DNA of 47,113 nt, taken from the NCBI GenBank assembly GCA_003427395.1, contig BFEA01000010.1:5566608-5613720 (forward strand), written 5' to 3'. The DNA comes from Chara braunii. Its lineage: Eukaryota; Plantae; Charophyceae. The notes under the pieces are model-generated. The model made no database searches. It had not been told where the DNA came from and saw only the letters and a program-made list of their open reading frames with translations. A program made the translations under genes and the position numbers. Shown in pieces: positions 13,231 to 25,764 of the stretch (positions are counted from its first letter, which is position 1; each line of letters starts with the position of its first letter).

Positions 13231-14739
13231 GCACTCTCTCCGCCTCGCATGCACTTGGACGCGGTTCCCGTCCGGGTTCACTCAACTCCCACCTTTTGCT
13301 GCGTCCGCTGATCCGTCTCTCCGCCTTACCTCCCTGTGCCTGGCGCTCGTCACCCGTTGCCTCCCCGATACCCCGCATGCACCCAGCGCCGGACCCCGTC
13401 CCGATTCATCCTCTTCTGCCACTTCGCCCGTTCGCTCGTCTCTATCTCCCTCGCGTCCGGTTCCTTCGCTCCGTCAGCCCTTTTCCCTGGCTCAGCGTCG
13501 TCGCTCCGCCCACCTCATTGCCCTACCGTCCGTCGCTCCACTACCTTTACACTCGAAGCCTTCGACTCACAGTCCTACCGCCTACGGCCTTGCTGCCCTA
13601 GCGCTGGGCCTGGGCGGCCCCGCCTTGCCTCTTTCGCGTTGCTCCGCCGTTGCTAACGCAGTGCCCATCCGATAGTCGCTCCACAGTGGTCCGCCCATCG
13701 GCCTTTCCTGCGCTATTTGCCATGGTCATCCCCGAGTGGCACTGAGCAACGCCCGCCTCGGTGCTCATAGGGGGAGGGGACCGGGCAAGAAACATAGTGA
13801 CTGGTCTATGGGAGAGGCTCAACCCAGATGCTACTGGCTGACCTCTGCCCTACTCAGGCATTTGCCCCCTACCCCTCGGGCCGGAACGGGCACACCCACG
13901 CCAAAACCCTCTCTCAGCAGGTCGCTGATGGCGTGCGGTAAACTTAAGAGGGCCCCGTCACCTAGGCTGCCGTCTGCCCCGTAGGCTAATCACCCACCGG
14001 CTCACAGGCACGTTGAACTCCTCGGTCCCTATCTCAAGACAGGCAGGGTAGAGAACTTCCGACAGCATCTCGAATACACAGGAACCCGAACTCGGGTCCA
14101 TTTTTTCAACATTTCGATAGGGAACCGGCCAGGCCAGACCCGCCGGCTCCCCCGCGGGTCTTGGGACCGACAATAAAACTTAGGGATAATAATAAAAATA
14201 AGAGCCAAACATCGAAAAGATAATGAAACTAGGGCCGTCGCGTCGCCTACCTTCGATGTCGTGCACCCCGTCTATCAAGCAGACCTCCCACCTTTGTCGA
14301 GGCCGTCCTCCGCACGTAGCACAAGTCACAAGCAAGCGCACCAATCAAAAGACAAAAATCCCTTTAATCCAATTTTAGATCAGAAATAGATAAATAATCA
14401 AAATTTTTTGATCGGCGATCACGTCGGCTCTTCAGTCATTGATGAAGGAAATCACGCGCGCCTCAAGTCTGAGCGCCCAGACACTCTTTATCCTAGTCAA
14501 CCGTCCGGTCAACCTCGACCACAGATGCAGCCGCGCCTCGCACAGAGTACTTAATTTTTAAACCAAAGCTATTTTCTGCCACTTGCAAAAACCAGGGCGG
14601 ATACCCTTGCAAGGGTATTCACACCGACACCACCCCCTACCCCTACCACTGCCTCCCGCCTGACGCCTACTCGTCCAGCTACTGACGAGCCTTCTATTGA
14701 CTATTCTCATACCATCGCTAAGGACGGCACTGTCGAGTC

Positions 14740-16634
14740 TCGCTCAGGTCATTGTCCGATAGCCTTCTACTCCCGTCAGCTCCTGCCCACCGAGATAAAC
14801 TACACCGTTGATGAACGTGAGGTTCTCGCAGTAGTTTATGCCGCTTGGCACTGGCGTCACTACCTGCACGGGGCACCATTCATAGTGTGCACGGACAACT
14901 TTGTTGTCCATGCTTTTCTGACAAAATCGAAGCTCACTCCTCGACAGGCTCGCTGGTCGCGCGACCTATCTGAGTTTAGTTTCACCACTAAGCACTTCAA
15001 GGATGAAACTAATCGGGTTGCAGATCCAGCTCGCTTCTATCTCGGTCACCACTATTCACCACTCGGTGATCGACGAGTTTCGCACTAAGTACCGCCACTG
15101 CCCCGACTATCGTGATATCCACGCGACCCTTTGGAGTGGCAAGACTATCCCAAACTAGTCTCTCGGGGATACTGGCACGGTTCACAGGGCACCAGAGATC
15201 CCCGTATTTGCGTTCCCTTCACTGGACAGCTACGTGTCCGGGCAATAACAGAGTTTCATGACCAGGCAGCTGCCGGTCATATGGGCTTCCACAAGACGTT
15301 GGCTCGTGTGAGCCGCCTGTACGTTTGGTCGAAGCGCAAGGACTTTGTGAAGGATTACGTCACAGAGTGCCCCACCTGTCAGGAGGTGAGCAGTGCGAAC
15401 CACTTGCGTTATAGTTTGCTCCAACCTCTTCCTATCCCTGAGGGTCGTTGGCAGTCCATCTCGATGGACTTTACCGGTCCTCTTCGTCCTCCGACACCCC
15501 ACGGTCATAATGTTATCCTGGTTGTCGTCGACCGCTTCACGAAGCGTGCACGCTTTGTTTCGTGCCGCTATGCCATCAGTGCACGTGAGGTCGCCGACCT
15601 CGTGTTTAACCAAGTCATGCGTGACCACGTTTTATCTCTGAGCATCATACTGACCGTGACCCGCACTTTACCAACCGATTCTGGCGACGACATCACGAGG
15701 TTTACGGCACCTAGCTCCGCTTCTCCTCGTCTTACCATCCCCAGACTGATGGTCAGACCGAGGTCACAAACAGGACTCTCCGAAAGATTGTTCGTGACGA
15801 CCAGCAGTGGGATCTCCATCTTGCCCACGCGGAAATAGTCTACAACCACGCCATCTCGCCAGCCACTGGGATGTCACCTTACTATTGCGACATCGGTCCT
15901 CGTGTTTCCACGGACTTCCTTCGCCCGTCACAGATGCACCCCGATACGAATGTCCCGCGCTGGATGATTGGGTTGCACACATGACGTCGATCATGAAGAC
16001 CGCACATGAGCACATAGCCGCTTCCCAGACTCGCATGGCAGCACGTGCGAACCGATCGAGGATGGATCATCCATTCAAAGTCGGTGACGATGTGCTTATT
16101 GACGCCCGCTACTTACAGCTCGAAGCGGACACGCTTCGCAAGTTTCGGCGTCACTTCTTTGGCTCATGTCGCATTCTCCGTTCTGATACGGCTTCTAGCC
16201 CGATCAACTTCCGTGTGAAGCTGCCCGACTACCTACGCTAGGCTCGTGTGCATGATGTTCACCGCGTCTCGTTATTGCGTCCTTACCGCAGACCGTCTGA
16301 GCGTTTCGTTGGACGACCATACGAGCGTCCTCCACCCATCATGGTGGACGGCCACGAGGAGTTCCTTGTTTCATACATCATTGGTCGCCGAGGCACCGAC
16401 GACAACCCTCCTCACGTCGAGTATCTCGTACGTTGGAAGGGTTACCCTGCTGAGGAGGCTACTTGGGAGCCCCTCGAGCACTTGCAGCACGCTCGCATGT
16501 TGATGCGTGGCTATGATCGAGCTCGTCGTGTTGGGTTGACTGCTCCTCCTCAGCCCACTGACCATCCTCCTTCTCCATCGGTTGAGGAGACCTCTGAAGT
16601 CGAGCCTGCCCCATCTGAGGCAGACCTTCATTAG
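14740..16634 (+). mobile_element. Decayed Ty3/Gypsy chromovirus pol fragment (RNase H - integrase - chromodomain)
   Basis: RNase H PIAFYSRQLLPTEINY..EREVLAVV..WRHYLHG..TDN. Integrase Zn finger H(DQAAAG)H..CPTCQ; WQSISMDF, VVVDRFTK and a frameshifted YHPQTDGQTE. Chromodomain EEFLV..EYLVRWKGYPAEEATWEP. Multiple frameshifts and stops. Confidence 0.95.
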
Positions 16635-18114
16635 CAGCCGGATGCTTCTGAGCGTCCACAACGCACTCATCATCGTCCTGCTCGATACGACAATTGACTC
16701 TGACTTATCTTCCCACGTCCTTGACTTCTCCGTACTCCATCCATTCCAGTTTTTCCACTTCATCTCGTCGACGTTGAGGCTCTTCCTCGACGGCATTTCG
16801 GATTTCTCATCATGGACATCATCGGCAGCTTCATGGACTTCATCACGATCAGCTCTGCCTACTTCAGACGTCATCACCCTCTGACCACTTTGCCCTGTAC
16901 AGTACCCTGCTTGTGTCGCATGATGGTCTCCCTTCGTCGGGTTCCTCTGAGTAGGACTCTTCCTTGGTCTATGCATAGGCATCAGGACCGTAGCGTTGCC
17001 CTGGCTTCCCAGCTTATGGATCCAACTCCGACTTCCCTCACTTTATGAGTCATTTGCGTGATTCCCTTACCCATCACCTTTCTACCCTTTGTCGGCCCTC
17101 ACGCCCTAGTTAGGCAGCCTCGCATGCTTCATCTAGGTGCGCCCAGTATACCAGGCTCCCTTGTTCCCTTGCATGGTCGACCATCCATAGCAGTCACCCC
17201 TTTAGTCGAGCATTACCCGCCCTGATGGTCTATCTGTTAGGGTCATTGGTTTTTTTCGCTCCCAGTTCCCTACCCTCATTGAGCCTGATGACATATGTCT
17301 CCCTGTCATTTTGTGTGGATGCCCTTAGGAGTTATCGCCCCCTGGGCTGCATTCGCCACCCTCAGAGACCATCCCACCCTTTGGTTCGCGAGACACTCCT
17401 CTTGTGACATATGGTTGTCTTGTTGTTGCTTTGTTGCTCTCAGACTGAGGCCACTGCCTCTGACATTTCTATGATTTAGTTGTTCTGCTTTTGCTGTTCT
17501 TAGGACTTATACATTAGTTAGTTGTTTCTAGACTAAGGCTACTGCCTCCAACATTCTAGGACCTAGTTGTCATTATTTTCTGCATTCCTAGAACATGTAT
17601 GCTAGTTAGTTGCTTCTGCTTTCACTTAGGCTGTTAGCTGTGACATTGTTGTTTTTTGTGACATTTCCTATCCTAGGTTGCATCGCATGGACTCAGCATG
17701 GAGCTTGCTCCACATCCTAGACTACTCAGGTTTGCTTTTTCTTTGGTAGAGTTCCGCTTCTTGGCGGAAGCGTGCTTGTATCTAGGCGATCCATCACAGA
17801 CCGAGGATCGTGTAGCGGACGTCTGGTTGGCCTGTGAGACCAGCCCCTTGGCCTGTTCTCACAGGCCTGTGTTGTATTCAGGGCAGTCCAGTCCAGGCCG
17901 GTACCTATGTCGGTACCAGCCAGTCCAGTCCAGTCCCGTCAGTCCGCTGGGGTATACCCCAGCTGTTATCTGTTTTTCGATTCCTTCTACATTCGCACAC
18001 TGTGGAGTACGTGCGTTGGAGTCTGGCGTGGGAGCTGCGCTGTGCCATCTCGCTCCCCCCTTCTCCCTCCATCTCCATCTCTATCCCCGGCGGAGCACCA
18101 CACCTGGTGGGTCC

Positions 18115-18149
<35 letters not shown>

Positions 18150-18316
18150 NNNNNNNNNNNNNNNNNNNNNNNNNNNNNNNNNNNNNNNNNNNNNNNNNNN
18201 NNNNNNNNNNNNNNNNNNNNNNNNNNNNNNNNNNNNNNNNNNNNNNNNNNNNNNNNNNNNNNNNNNNNNNNNNNNNNNNNNNNNNNNNNNNNNNNNNNNN
18301 NNNNNNNNNNNNNNNN
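18150..18316. other. Assembly gap after (CT)n
   Basis: N run seen directly. Confidence 0.99.
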
Positions 18317-18549
18317 CGCGCGCTCAGTCTCATTGCTTTGGCTACCTTAGGGCTGCGTTCCCTGCACCCACCTGGTAGACAATCTGTCAGTGTGCAGACG
18401 CAGAAGAAAGCAGCAGCTCTCTCGGAGGGTGTGTTTGCCTGTGCTGTGTGGGCCGGGATGGGAAGGGAGGGGGAGAGGCACGAGAGGCGGTTGTACAGGC
18501 GACGGAGGAAGTGTGAGGAGCTGGACTGCAGCGGCTCTGCATATATTTA

Positions 18550-19040
18550 GAGGCTTGCCACACAGGCTGTCGAAACAGCTGTCAGAAAAAAATAGGAAGT
18601 CTGGGGTCGACAGTGTACCCCCCCTTCGCCACACAGGCTGTCGAGGGGTAATGTTTTTGGTCATGGCCAAATGGACTCCGCCTTTCAACACGACACGGCC
18701 GTCACGGAACAGTCCCTGACATTGCAAATTCGAATTCGAACGCAATTCTTGAAAGGCAGGTGGGGCACTTTCGAATTTCCGTCTCCTGCAGGCGGGGGCT
18801 AGGTCCCACTTGCACGAATTAAGAAACAGTGACCGTAGATAGCAAAGATCAACGGCCGAAATCTCCTGATTTGCGCAAATGGGACCTTGCCCCGGGAGGA
18901 AACGAATGGGGGAGGGTGGCTGTCGAGCGTACCATTCTGACACCTGTTGAATTTTTTTTGAGCCGCAATTCTTCGAAAGTCTGTGTGGCCATGCAAAATT
19001 GTCGAAAACCTGGTTTTCGGCAACCTGTGTGGCGAGCTTC
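18550..19040. mobile_element. PIF/Harbinger (Tourist-like) MITE with TTA target-site duplication
   Basis: Terminal inverted repeats GAGGCTTGCCACACAGGCTGTCGAAA / TTTCGGCAACCTGTGTGGCGAGCTTC. TTA flanks at 18547-18549 and 19041-19043. An empty-site paralog GCATATATTTAAATTGGAGCTC lies at ~19087. Confidence 0.85.
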
Positions 19041-19618
19041 TTAGATTGGAGCTCCCGTATATGATGAGCTGGACTGCACCGGCTTCGCATATATTTAAAT
19101 TGGAGCTCATCATAGATTGAAGCTCATCATAGATTGGAGCTCCGTACATGATGAGCTGGACTGCACCGGCTGCGTGTGTGATGGATGCGGAGCTGGACTG
19201 CTCCGGTTGCGTGTGTGGTGGATGGGGATTTTGACTGCACCGGCTGCGTGTGTGTGGGTGGGGAGGGGCTACAATGAGGGCAGGATAGGAGAGGCACGAT
19301 GAGAGAGACAGAGGAGGTGCAAGAAAAACGCGGGTCCGTACTGTGTTTTCGCGGGCGGGAGGTGTTCCGTACTGTATTTTGGCAGGAACCTCTGTCTTAT
19401 GTCGTCGTTGACGTGCTTACTCACAAGACCGCTAAGCAGCCAGACTACTCCCCCTCTCGCGGGCACTCGTCCGCCGCTTGCGTTTGGTGACCTGCATTAC
19501 ACTTCCAACCGCGTAGATCCCTCCCTTGCCATCTCCCACCTGTCACTCACTACCGGGACCTACTCCCTGAAGGTATACTTGAGGAAGACGACCGGATCAG
19601 GAAGTCAGTCATTCAGTC

Positions 19619-19625
<7 letters not shown>

Positions 19626-19687
<62 letters not shown>
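19626..19687. repeat. (CT)n microsatellite
   Basis: Seen directly. Confidence 0.95.
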
Positions 19688-19689
<2 letters not shown>

Positions 19690-20339
19690 GGGACTCTGTT
19701 TCAAAACTGGCACGCAGTGTGTGTGACCATGCTTCTCCTTCGTTTCCTTGCCCTCACGACAGTTGTATCTGCGTGTGAGTTATGACTAAAGCGGTCGAAG
19801 CAGAGGATCGTCGGCGGAAAGAAGGGGGCGGAGATGTGAACTTCAACGTCACTGGAGTGTCGGCGCTACTCTCACTTTCGTTTCGATTGCTGCGTGCGGG
19901 TTTCTTTTGGAGAGTCCGAGCGCCCTTGAACGAATGATCGGTCATGGCACTGGCCTCCCTGTTCCATGCCAGCAGTCTCAACTCCGGCTGTAGGCTGTTG
20001 TTGTCAGTCTGTTCAATCGATGACTGCTCACGTTATGTCCTCGAGGTGTTCGTTCGACTTGGGAGCGTGATGAGGATGAGCTGAGCAAGCCTCCGTCTTG
20101 GACAGAAAAGCGCGTCACAGGTGAAAGAAATCGTCTTCTGAAGTGGTCTCTGTATTCTTAACTCGACATTTGTATAGCACGTATCTAGCACGGTCTTCCG
20201 TAGATATCCGCTTGCATATATCTGGTTAATCCTTGTCCAGCGGTCGCTAATGCCTGCCACGAGCTAATCCTCTCTTTCTTCCTCTCTCTGAAGGTCCCTG
20301 CTTCTGAGACGGGAACAGCGAAATGTGCACGTGCTAGTC

Positions 20340-20340
<1 letters not shown>

Positions 20341-20431
<91 letters not shown>
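20341..20431. repeat. (GA)n microsatellite between repeated GGTCCCTGCTTCTG motifs
   Basis: Seen directly; the motif occurs at ~20293, ~20452 and ~20539. Confidence 0.9.
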
Positions 20432-20433
<2 letters not shown>

Positions 20434-21298
20434 GGTAGATGTGCGCCTGAGGGTCCCTGCTTCTGAGAGAGAGAAAAACGGCGACTAGGCTATAAGTATG
20501 GAGGCGATACGTGGGCAAGTTGGTGATGTGCTCCTGAGGGTCCCTGCTTCTGGGAGAGAAGAATGGCGGCTAGGCGGTGAGTATGTAGTCAATGCGTGGG
20601 CAAGTGGGTGCAGAGGGGCATGCCCGGGGACTAGATGATCGATCGATTGGGGCATATTTCTGCTTCCACTGTTATATTGACATTATTTCTCTCTCTTTCT
20701 GGCGCTCTCCCGCGCCCTCGCGCTCTCTCGTGCTCCCTTGCGCTCTCTCGCGCTCTCTCGCGGTCTCCGCGGCTCTCCGCGGTTCTCGCCCACTCGCGCT
20801 CTCTTCTGTTCGAGGACCACGATTGGTGACTTTCTCTGATCCGCTTGCTCCCTTTTCCTCCCGCCACTGCTGCAGTTGCTCGCAGTAACGTCTGAAGATT
20901 CTCGGACTGCACTCGAAAGGGAAAGAGGCACTCCAGATTTTAGAAAGTCGAAACTCTAGTCATTTACCTCCATATCTGGTTCCCCTTGCTCTTCTTGTGT
21001 ATTTTCTTCCTTATTCTTGTGATTCTCGAGGGTGGTCCCATGAAGATTGGGCGAACTCCTTTTGACGAAGATGCTGGCTCGACAACCAGGTGAGCGAGCG
21101 GGCTAGCTCAACGTCTGTTGAGTTACTTCTTCCTGCTCCAGCTGCTGCGACCCGACAGAGAGAGCTTGTGCGAACCTTGCAATCAGATCGAAACACGGCG
21201 ATAGTCGGTTGGTCAATCAATCTCTGCGGCGATAGTTGACGATCAATCTCTGTAATTCAGCGCGCAGCGCCCTTATTTTGTAAGTTATTACTGTGCAC

Positions 21299-21301
<3 letters not shown>

Positions 21302-21376
<75 letters not shown>
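21302..21376. repeat. (GA)n microsatellite upstream of the protease gene
   Basis: Seen directly. Confidence 0.95.
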
Positions 21377-21378
<2 letters not shown>

Positions 21379-22199
21379 TCGTCTGGAGTAGAGGAAAATC
21401 GAAATGCAGGTGTCTGTGCGAAGAACTGAGTAGTGGGCGATGGTGGGTGGTGCTACCTGTTCTTCTGCCCGTGATTGATGTCAGTTGTACTCTCGGAAAG
21501 ACTAGTCAGGCTGTATATTTCGTTCCTTCATAATGTCTGTTGTATTGTATTCCTATCGGCCGCCGCAAGTATCTGATGTCCATGGATTAGATTATTAGTG
21601 CTCTCTGGGGTTCATGGTGCTTTGTAGAACCGCCAAATCGGTTGTCCTGGTGTTACTGTTAGAGAGGCGCAGTGTAACCTGAAGAAGACTTTATCGGGTG
21701 TTCATGTCGCGTTTGAAGACTCTTAGCAGCGGACTCTTTATAATTTACGGCGAGAAAGGTTTTGTTGTCTCTCCGGAGCGTCGACTGGCATGAAGTTCGG
21801 GGTCACGGCGATGAAGCAATGGTTACTCCGCTGATCAACAGAAGAGTGTATAGATTGGGTGAGGGGAGAATGGAAAGAGCACAGGAAAGGAAAGAGAGTG
21901 AAAATGACCAGGCAAAAGATGTGCGAAGCGACGGAGTTTTTCTGCTCGTGCTCTGAAGTATCTGTCAAGGTTTCTGTTTTAGATTCTCTGTACCTGGTCA
22001 GGTTATGGTTATTATTCGGTGTCGGACGTCCTCGTCAGTTGTTTTTTTCTGTGGGCAACGAGCTGCTGTAGATGTAACAGGTCTCTCATAGTGACCTCCT
22101 CTTCTCCTCCTCTACGCGTCCTGTTCCCTCTTGTGCATTTCTGTCATTGCTTGTCGTTTTGATTTTTTTGTAATAATTTCGTTTAATCTTCAGCGTTAC

Positions 22200-22233
<34 letters not shown>

Positions 22234-22586
22234 GTATTCTTGTTTCCCTTCTCTTTCTCTGGGCTCTTTTTGGTTTTCGTTTTTTTTATTTGGTTGCTTT
22301 TCCCTCTCTGTGCTCTTTATTATTTCCCCCCCTTTTTTTTTTTTTTTTTGCCTCTCTCGGTGTGTGCTCGTTCTTGTTCAGCTGTCTGTCGTTTCCTTTT
22401 CCCACTTTCACTTTTTACTCCGTCCCCTGCCCCCTTCCCTTCTCTGCTTCCCTTCTCTGGGTGTTGGCACGGCCGTGGCGTAGTCGCTCCTCTAGAAGTC
22501 TTTGTTTTTTGCGTTCTTTCCGCCAGTTTTGGCGTCTTGATCGGGAAGAGGGTCAATTTCTCTCGGCGGAACGACCTGCAGCAAGG

Positions 22587-24002
22587 ATGCAGGCAGCCCC
22601 GCCTGCTGTCTGGTGGGAGGAGTCAGAGTCACAGAAGTGGCAGGAAGGTTGCAAGGCAGAGAGGGAGGCGCGGTGGTACCCGGGACAGGACTGGGAAGAT
22701 ACAGCAATCGCTTACACAGAGGCATGGAGGGAGAAGCCGCCCAATGCCAAGTCGGATTTGCACTCGTCCCAATGGGGGGGAGAACGGAAAAGTGACCAGG
22801 TGTGGTGGCAATCCGATGGGCAGTCCGAGTGGGAAGAGGACTGGGATTCGGATCGCCATCAGGAGGACGACGGGGAGGAAGGGGAGGAGGAAGAAGGAGA
22901 TGAAGACGAGGATGATGATGAAGAAGAAGAAGAAGAAGAAGAAGAAGAAGAAGAAGAAGAAGAAAAGGATGATGCTGTGGCGGACGTCCATGATGACGAT
23001 GACGAGGATGTGGATGCAATTGATGAGAGGGTCTCCTCTCTCGCGAGCTCCATGTACGGCAACGGAGATTGCGACGAAGTGTATGATGGGTGTCTTGGTA
23101 ACGACGCCCTGGAGAACCGGATTTTCCCGCCGAGGATTGACCATCTTAGGATTGAGAAAGGAGAGAGAGAGGTAGTGACGATGGGAGGGAAAGTAAATGG
23201 GCGCGATGGTGGGTGGATTGGGGGGGGGGGATATGAATCTGCGTGCCACGTCGTCGGCGGCGGTGGGTATTGCGGAAGAGCACATGAGTGCCGCTCTTTG
23301 AGTTCTAAGGAGGATGATAGGTTGTTGAGTTATGGGAGTGTTTTCTTGCGTCAACGAGATGTCAATCTTCTTGCTGAACCCAATTGGATCAACGATAAAA
23401 TAATTCAGTTTTACTTCGCTTATTTATCCTCGGAGAAAGCTCGTAATTGGAGAGTTCTCCTCATGGATCCGTCGGCGTCTTTCTGGTTGTCCCATTGCCC
23501 CGATCGTGGGGACGTGTCGAAGGTCGTCGATCAGTTCGAGTTCAACAGGAGGGTTGTTGTTATGTTTCCTGTAAACAATTACGATTATGTGTTCGATAGC
23601 GTTTGGGAAGGCGTAGGAGGAGGGGGGAGTCATTGGAGTCTGTTGGTCTATGTGAGGGACGAAAATCAGTTTCATCACTTTGACTCCAATGGCGGTGTGA
23701 ATTATCGCCACGCCTTGCATCTTGCGAATGCCACGTGGCGCTTTCTAGGAGCGCCGTGCAGGCCGCCGATCATACAAAAGTCAACGCCTCAGCAAACCAA
23801 TGGCCACGATTGTGGGATGTATGTGATCGCCATTGCCGACGTGCTGTGTGCGCTCTATCTCAGTTTACACCTCCATTCATTGGGGAGGAGACTGTCGCCG
23901 TCGAGGGTTGCGCAGGAGGTTGACCAGCTGACTGCCACGTGGATCAGACAGATGAGACTGACAGTGCGGGACTTAATCCAGTCACGAACTCTCTGCCATT
24001 GA
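22587..24002 (+). CDS. NEDP1: NEDD8-specific protease 1 / SENP8-like cysteine protease (Ulp1/peptidase C48) with a long Trp-rich and acidic N-terminal extension
   Basis: First ATG at 22587 (MQAAPP), 471 aa, uninterrupted. C-terminal domain LLSYGSVFLRQRDVNLLAEPNWINDKIIQFYF..VMFPVNN..GGSHWSLLVY..HFDS..PQQTNGHDCGMYVIA contains the His-Asp-Cys triad and oxyanion Gln typical of SENP8/DEN1. Confidence 0.9.
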   Translation: MQAAPPAVWWEESESQKWQEGCKAEREARWYPGQDWEDTAIAYTEAWREKPPNAKSDLHSSQWGGERKSDQVWWQSDGQSEWEEDWDSDRHQEDDGEEGEEEEGDEDEDDDEEEEEEEEEEEEEEEKDDAVADVHDDDDEDVDAIDERVSSLASSMYGNGDCDEVYDGCLGNDALENRIFPPRIDHLRIEKGEREVVTMGGKVNGRDGGWIGGGGYESACHVVGGGGYCGRAHECRSLSSKEDDRLLSYGSVFLRQRDVNLLAEPNWINDKIIQFYFAYLSSEKARNWRVLLMDPSASFWLSHCPDRGDVSKVVDQFEFNRRVVVMFPVNNYDYVFDSVWEGVGGGGSHWSLLVYVRDENQFHHFDSNGGVNYRHALHLANATWRFLGAPCRPPIIQKSTPQQTNGHDCGMYVIAIADVLCALYLSLHLHSLGRRLSPSRVAQEVDQLTATWIRQMRLTVRDLIQSRTLCH

Positions 24003-24234
24003 GCTCTTGAGTGCATACACGCTGCTCAGCGTTTGCAGATTTCTGTTTCTGTCACGTTGGTGGCCCGTATAAGGAGGTCGGGGCCACCGCCGCCGCAGTC
24101 GCTGCTTAAGTGGAGACGGAGGACTTGAGGTATATATACATACATATATGATATCTATTTGTGACGACATATATAACTGTATCTCTAGTCCGCTGGTTGT
24201 GATATTTTGGTGCACATTGGGGACTGCGCACCGG

Positions 24235-24765
24235 CGGATGCGGTTCTGCTGTGCGACTGCGCGACTATGCGACTGCGACAGTGGGACTGTGCGCTTCTGC
24301 GCCCGAATGCGATTGATCGAGTCGTCGGTCTTTACATTGTGGGGGTAGGTAGGTAGTCCAAGTCAACAAGGTGATAGCGATCGCGTGGTGTCGTTGATGA
24401 GGCCGAGGACTGGTGATCACGATCGCAGTGTCATCACTCAGATGCAGCGGACGTGGATAATCTGCGGCGAATTGCGGGTTCTGNTGTCATCACTCAGATG
24501 CAGCGGACGTGGATAATCTGCGGCGAATTGCGGGTTCTGCTGTGCGACTCCGCGACTGCGACTGTGGGACTGTGCGCTTCTGCGCCCGAATGCGATTGAT
24601 TGAGTCGTTGGTCTGTACATGGTGGGGGTAGGTAGATGGTCCAAGTCAACAAGGTGATAGCGATCGCGTGGTGTCGTTAAGCTATGAGGCTGAGGAGCGG
24701 TGATCACGATCTCAGTGTCATCACTCAGCTGCAGCGGACGTGGATAATCTGCGGGCGAATTGCAT
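24235..24765. repeat. ~290 bp tandem duplication with an internal ~55 bp duplication at a single N
   Basis: GGTTCTGCTGTGCGACT..TGGGACTGTGCGCTTCTGCGCCCGAATGCGATTGAT at ~24242 and ~24533. TGTCATCACTCAG..GCAGCGGACGTGGATAATCTGCGG occurs three times. Confidence 0.85.
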
Positions 24766-25601
24766 GGTAAGGGGGTGACTCGGAGACCATCCACGCTCTT
24801 CTCCTCCGAGGCGCATGTGCCGGCGGGCTATTGGCCCCCTTCTTCCAGGGAGAGGTCTGTCGATGGAGTCAAGATCTCAATGCGATCTATGATGTGTCAG
24901 GTAGGGGTGGCGGCGCCAGGTCATCCATGTCGGAGTTCGTGTTGTCAAGTGTTGGAGATTCTTGCGTCTTTTATTGTATACAAAAAAGAAAGGATGCGTG
25001 GTTTTGTTGTTCGGATTGCACGCTCCTAGGCAAGGAGAGTGACGACGAATGTGGCTGAGTCAAAAGGGAGAGGATAAAAAGGGGTTGTCCTGGTGGCTGC
25101 GGCCTTGCCTAAAGAGAATGCACGTGCAGCATGGCTGTGTTTCATCCAACAGGTGGCTTCGATAGGCTCACAACGATCCAATTGGAGGAGGGTGACGAAG
25201 ATGTGGGGGGGATAGGGGGAAGAGGAGGAGAAGGGTATCCATAGCCTCCTCAGTGTCCTTTATGGTGGCCATTGTTGTCTCGGAGCATCTCCCCACTGCT
25301 CCTTTCCCTGCATTTGGATTGGGCGATTTTGTCGATAGGGCATATGTGCTAGTTGTTTTCTGTTCTTGGTTTTGTCCTCTGTTTGTTCTTTACTCAGAGC
25401 AAACGGCTGTGCGTTTGAACAGCGGGGCACACGATCGGATTCATCATTCACACGGCGATGTCCCTGTTGATGTTGCTCTGCATGCCCGTAGGCGTGGTAA
25501 ACTTGTGCTTTGAGCAACGTAAACAAACGGAAGGCAACCCCCCCTGTCTGTGAGGGGCATACGCAACATATGGACAGAGAGCCGCAGGTGGGGGTTTGTG
25601 G

Positions 25602-25604
<3 letters not shown>

Positions 25605-25654
<50 letters not shown>

Positions 25655-25661
25655 NNNNNNN

Positions 25662-25700
<39 letters not shown>

Positions 25701-25707
25701 GATTGTG

Positions 25708-25760
<53 letters not shown>
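25605..25760. repeat. (GA)n/(GT)n compound microsatellite abutting the 3' end of the decayed Penelope-like element
   Basis: Seen directly. Confidence 0.95.

Positions 25761-25764
<4 letters not shown>

Noticed and set aside
16371-16982. 203-aa antisense ORF over the chromodomain/3' region
   Set aside because: No recognisable domain; likely a shadow frame.
22131-22586. Extra 152 N-terminal codons in the ORF track for the protease
   Set aside because: TTG start and pyrimidine-rich low complexity typical of UTR/intron; the first ATG is at 22587.
22587-24002. Intronless structure as evidence of a retrocopy
   Set aside because: SENP8-type genes commonly have single-exon coding regions, and no poly-A tail or TSD was seen.
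24428-24540. Exact ~55-bp duplication
   Set aside because: It straddles a single N, so it is probably a contig-overlap artifact.
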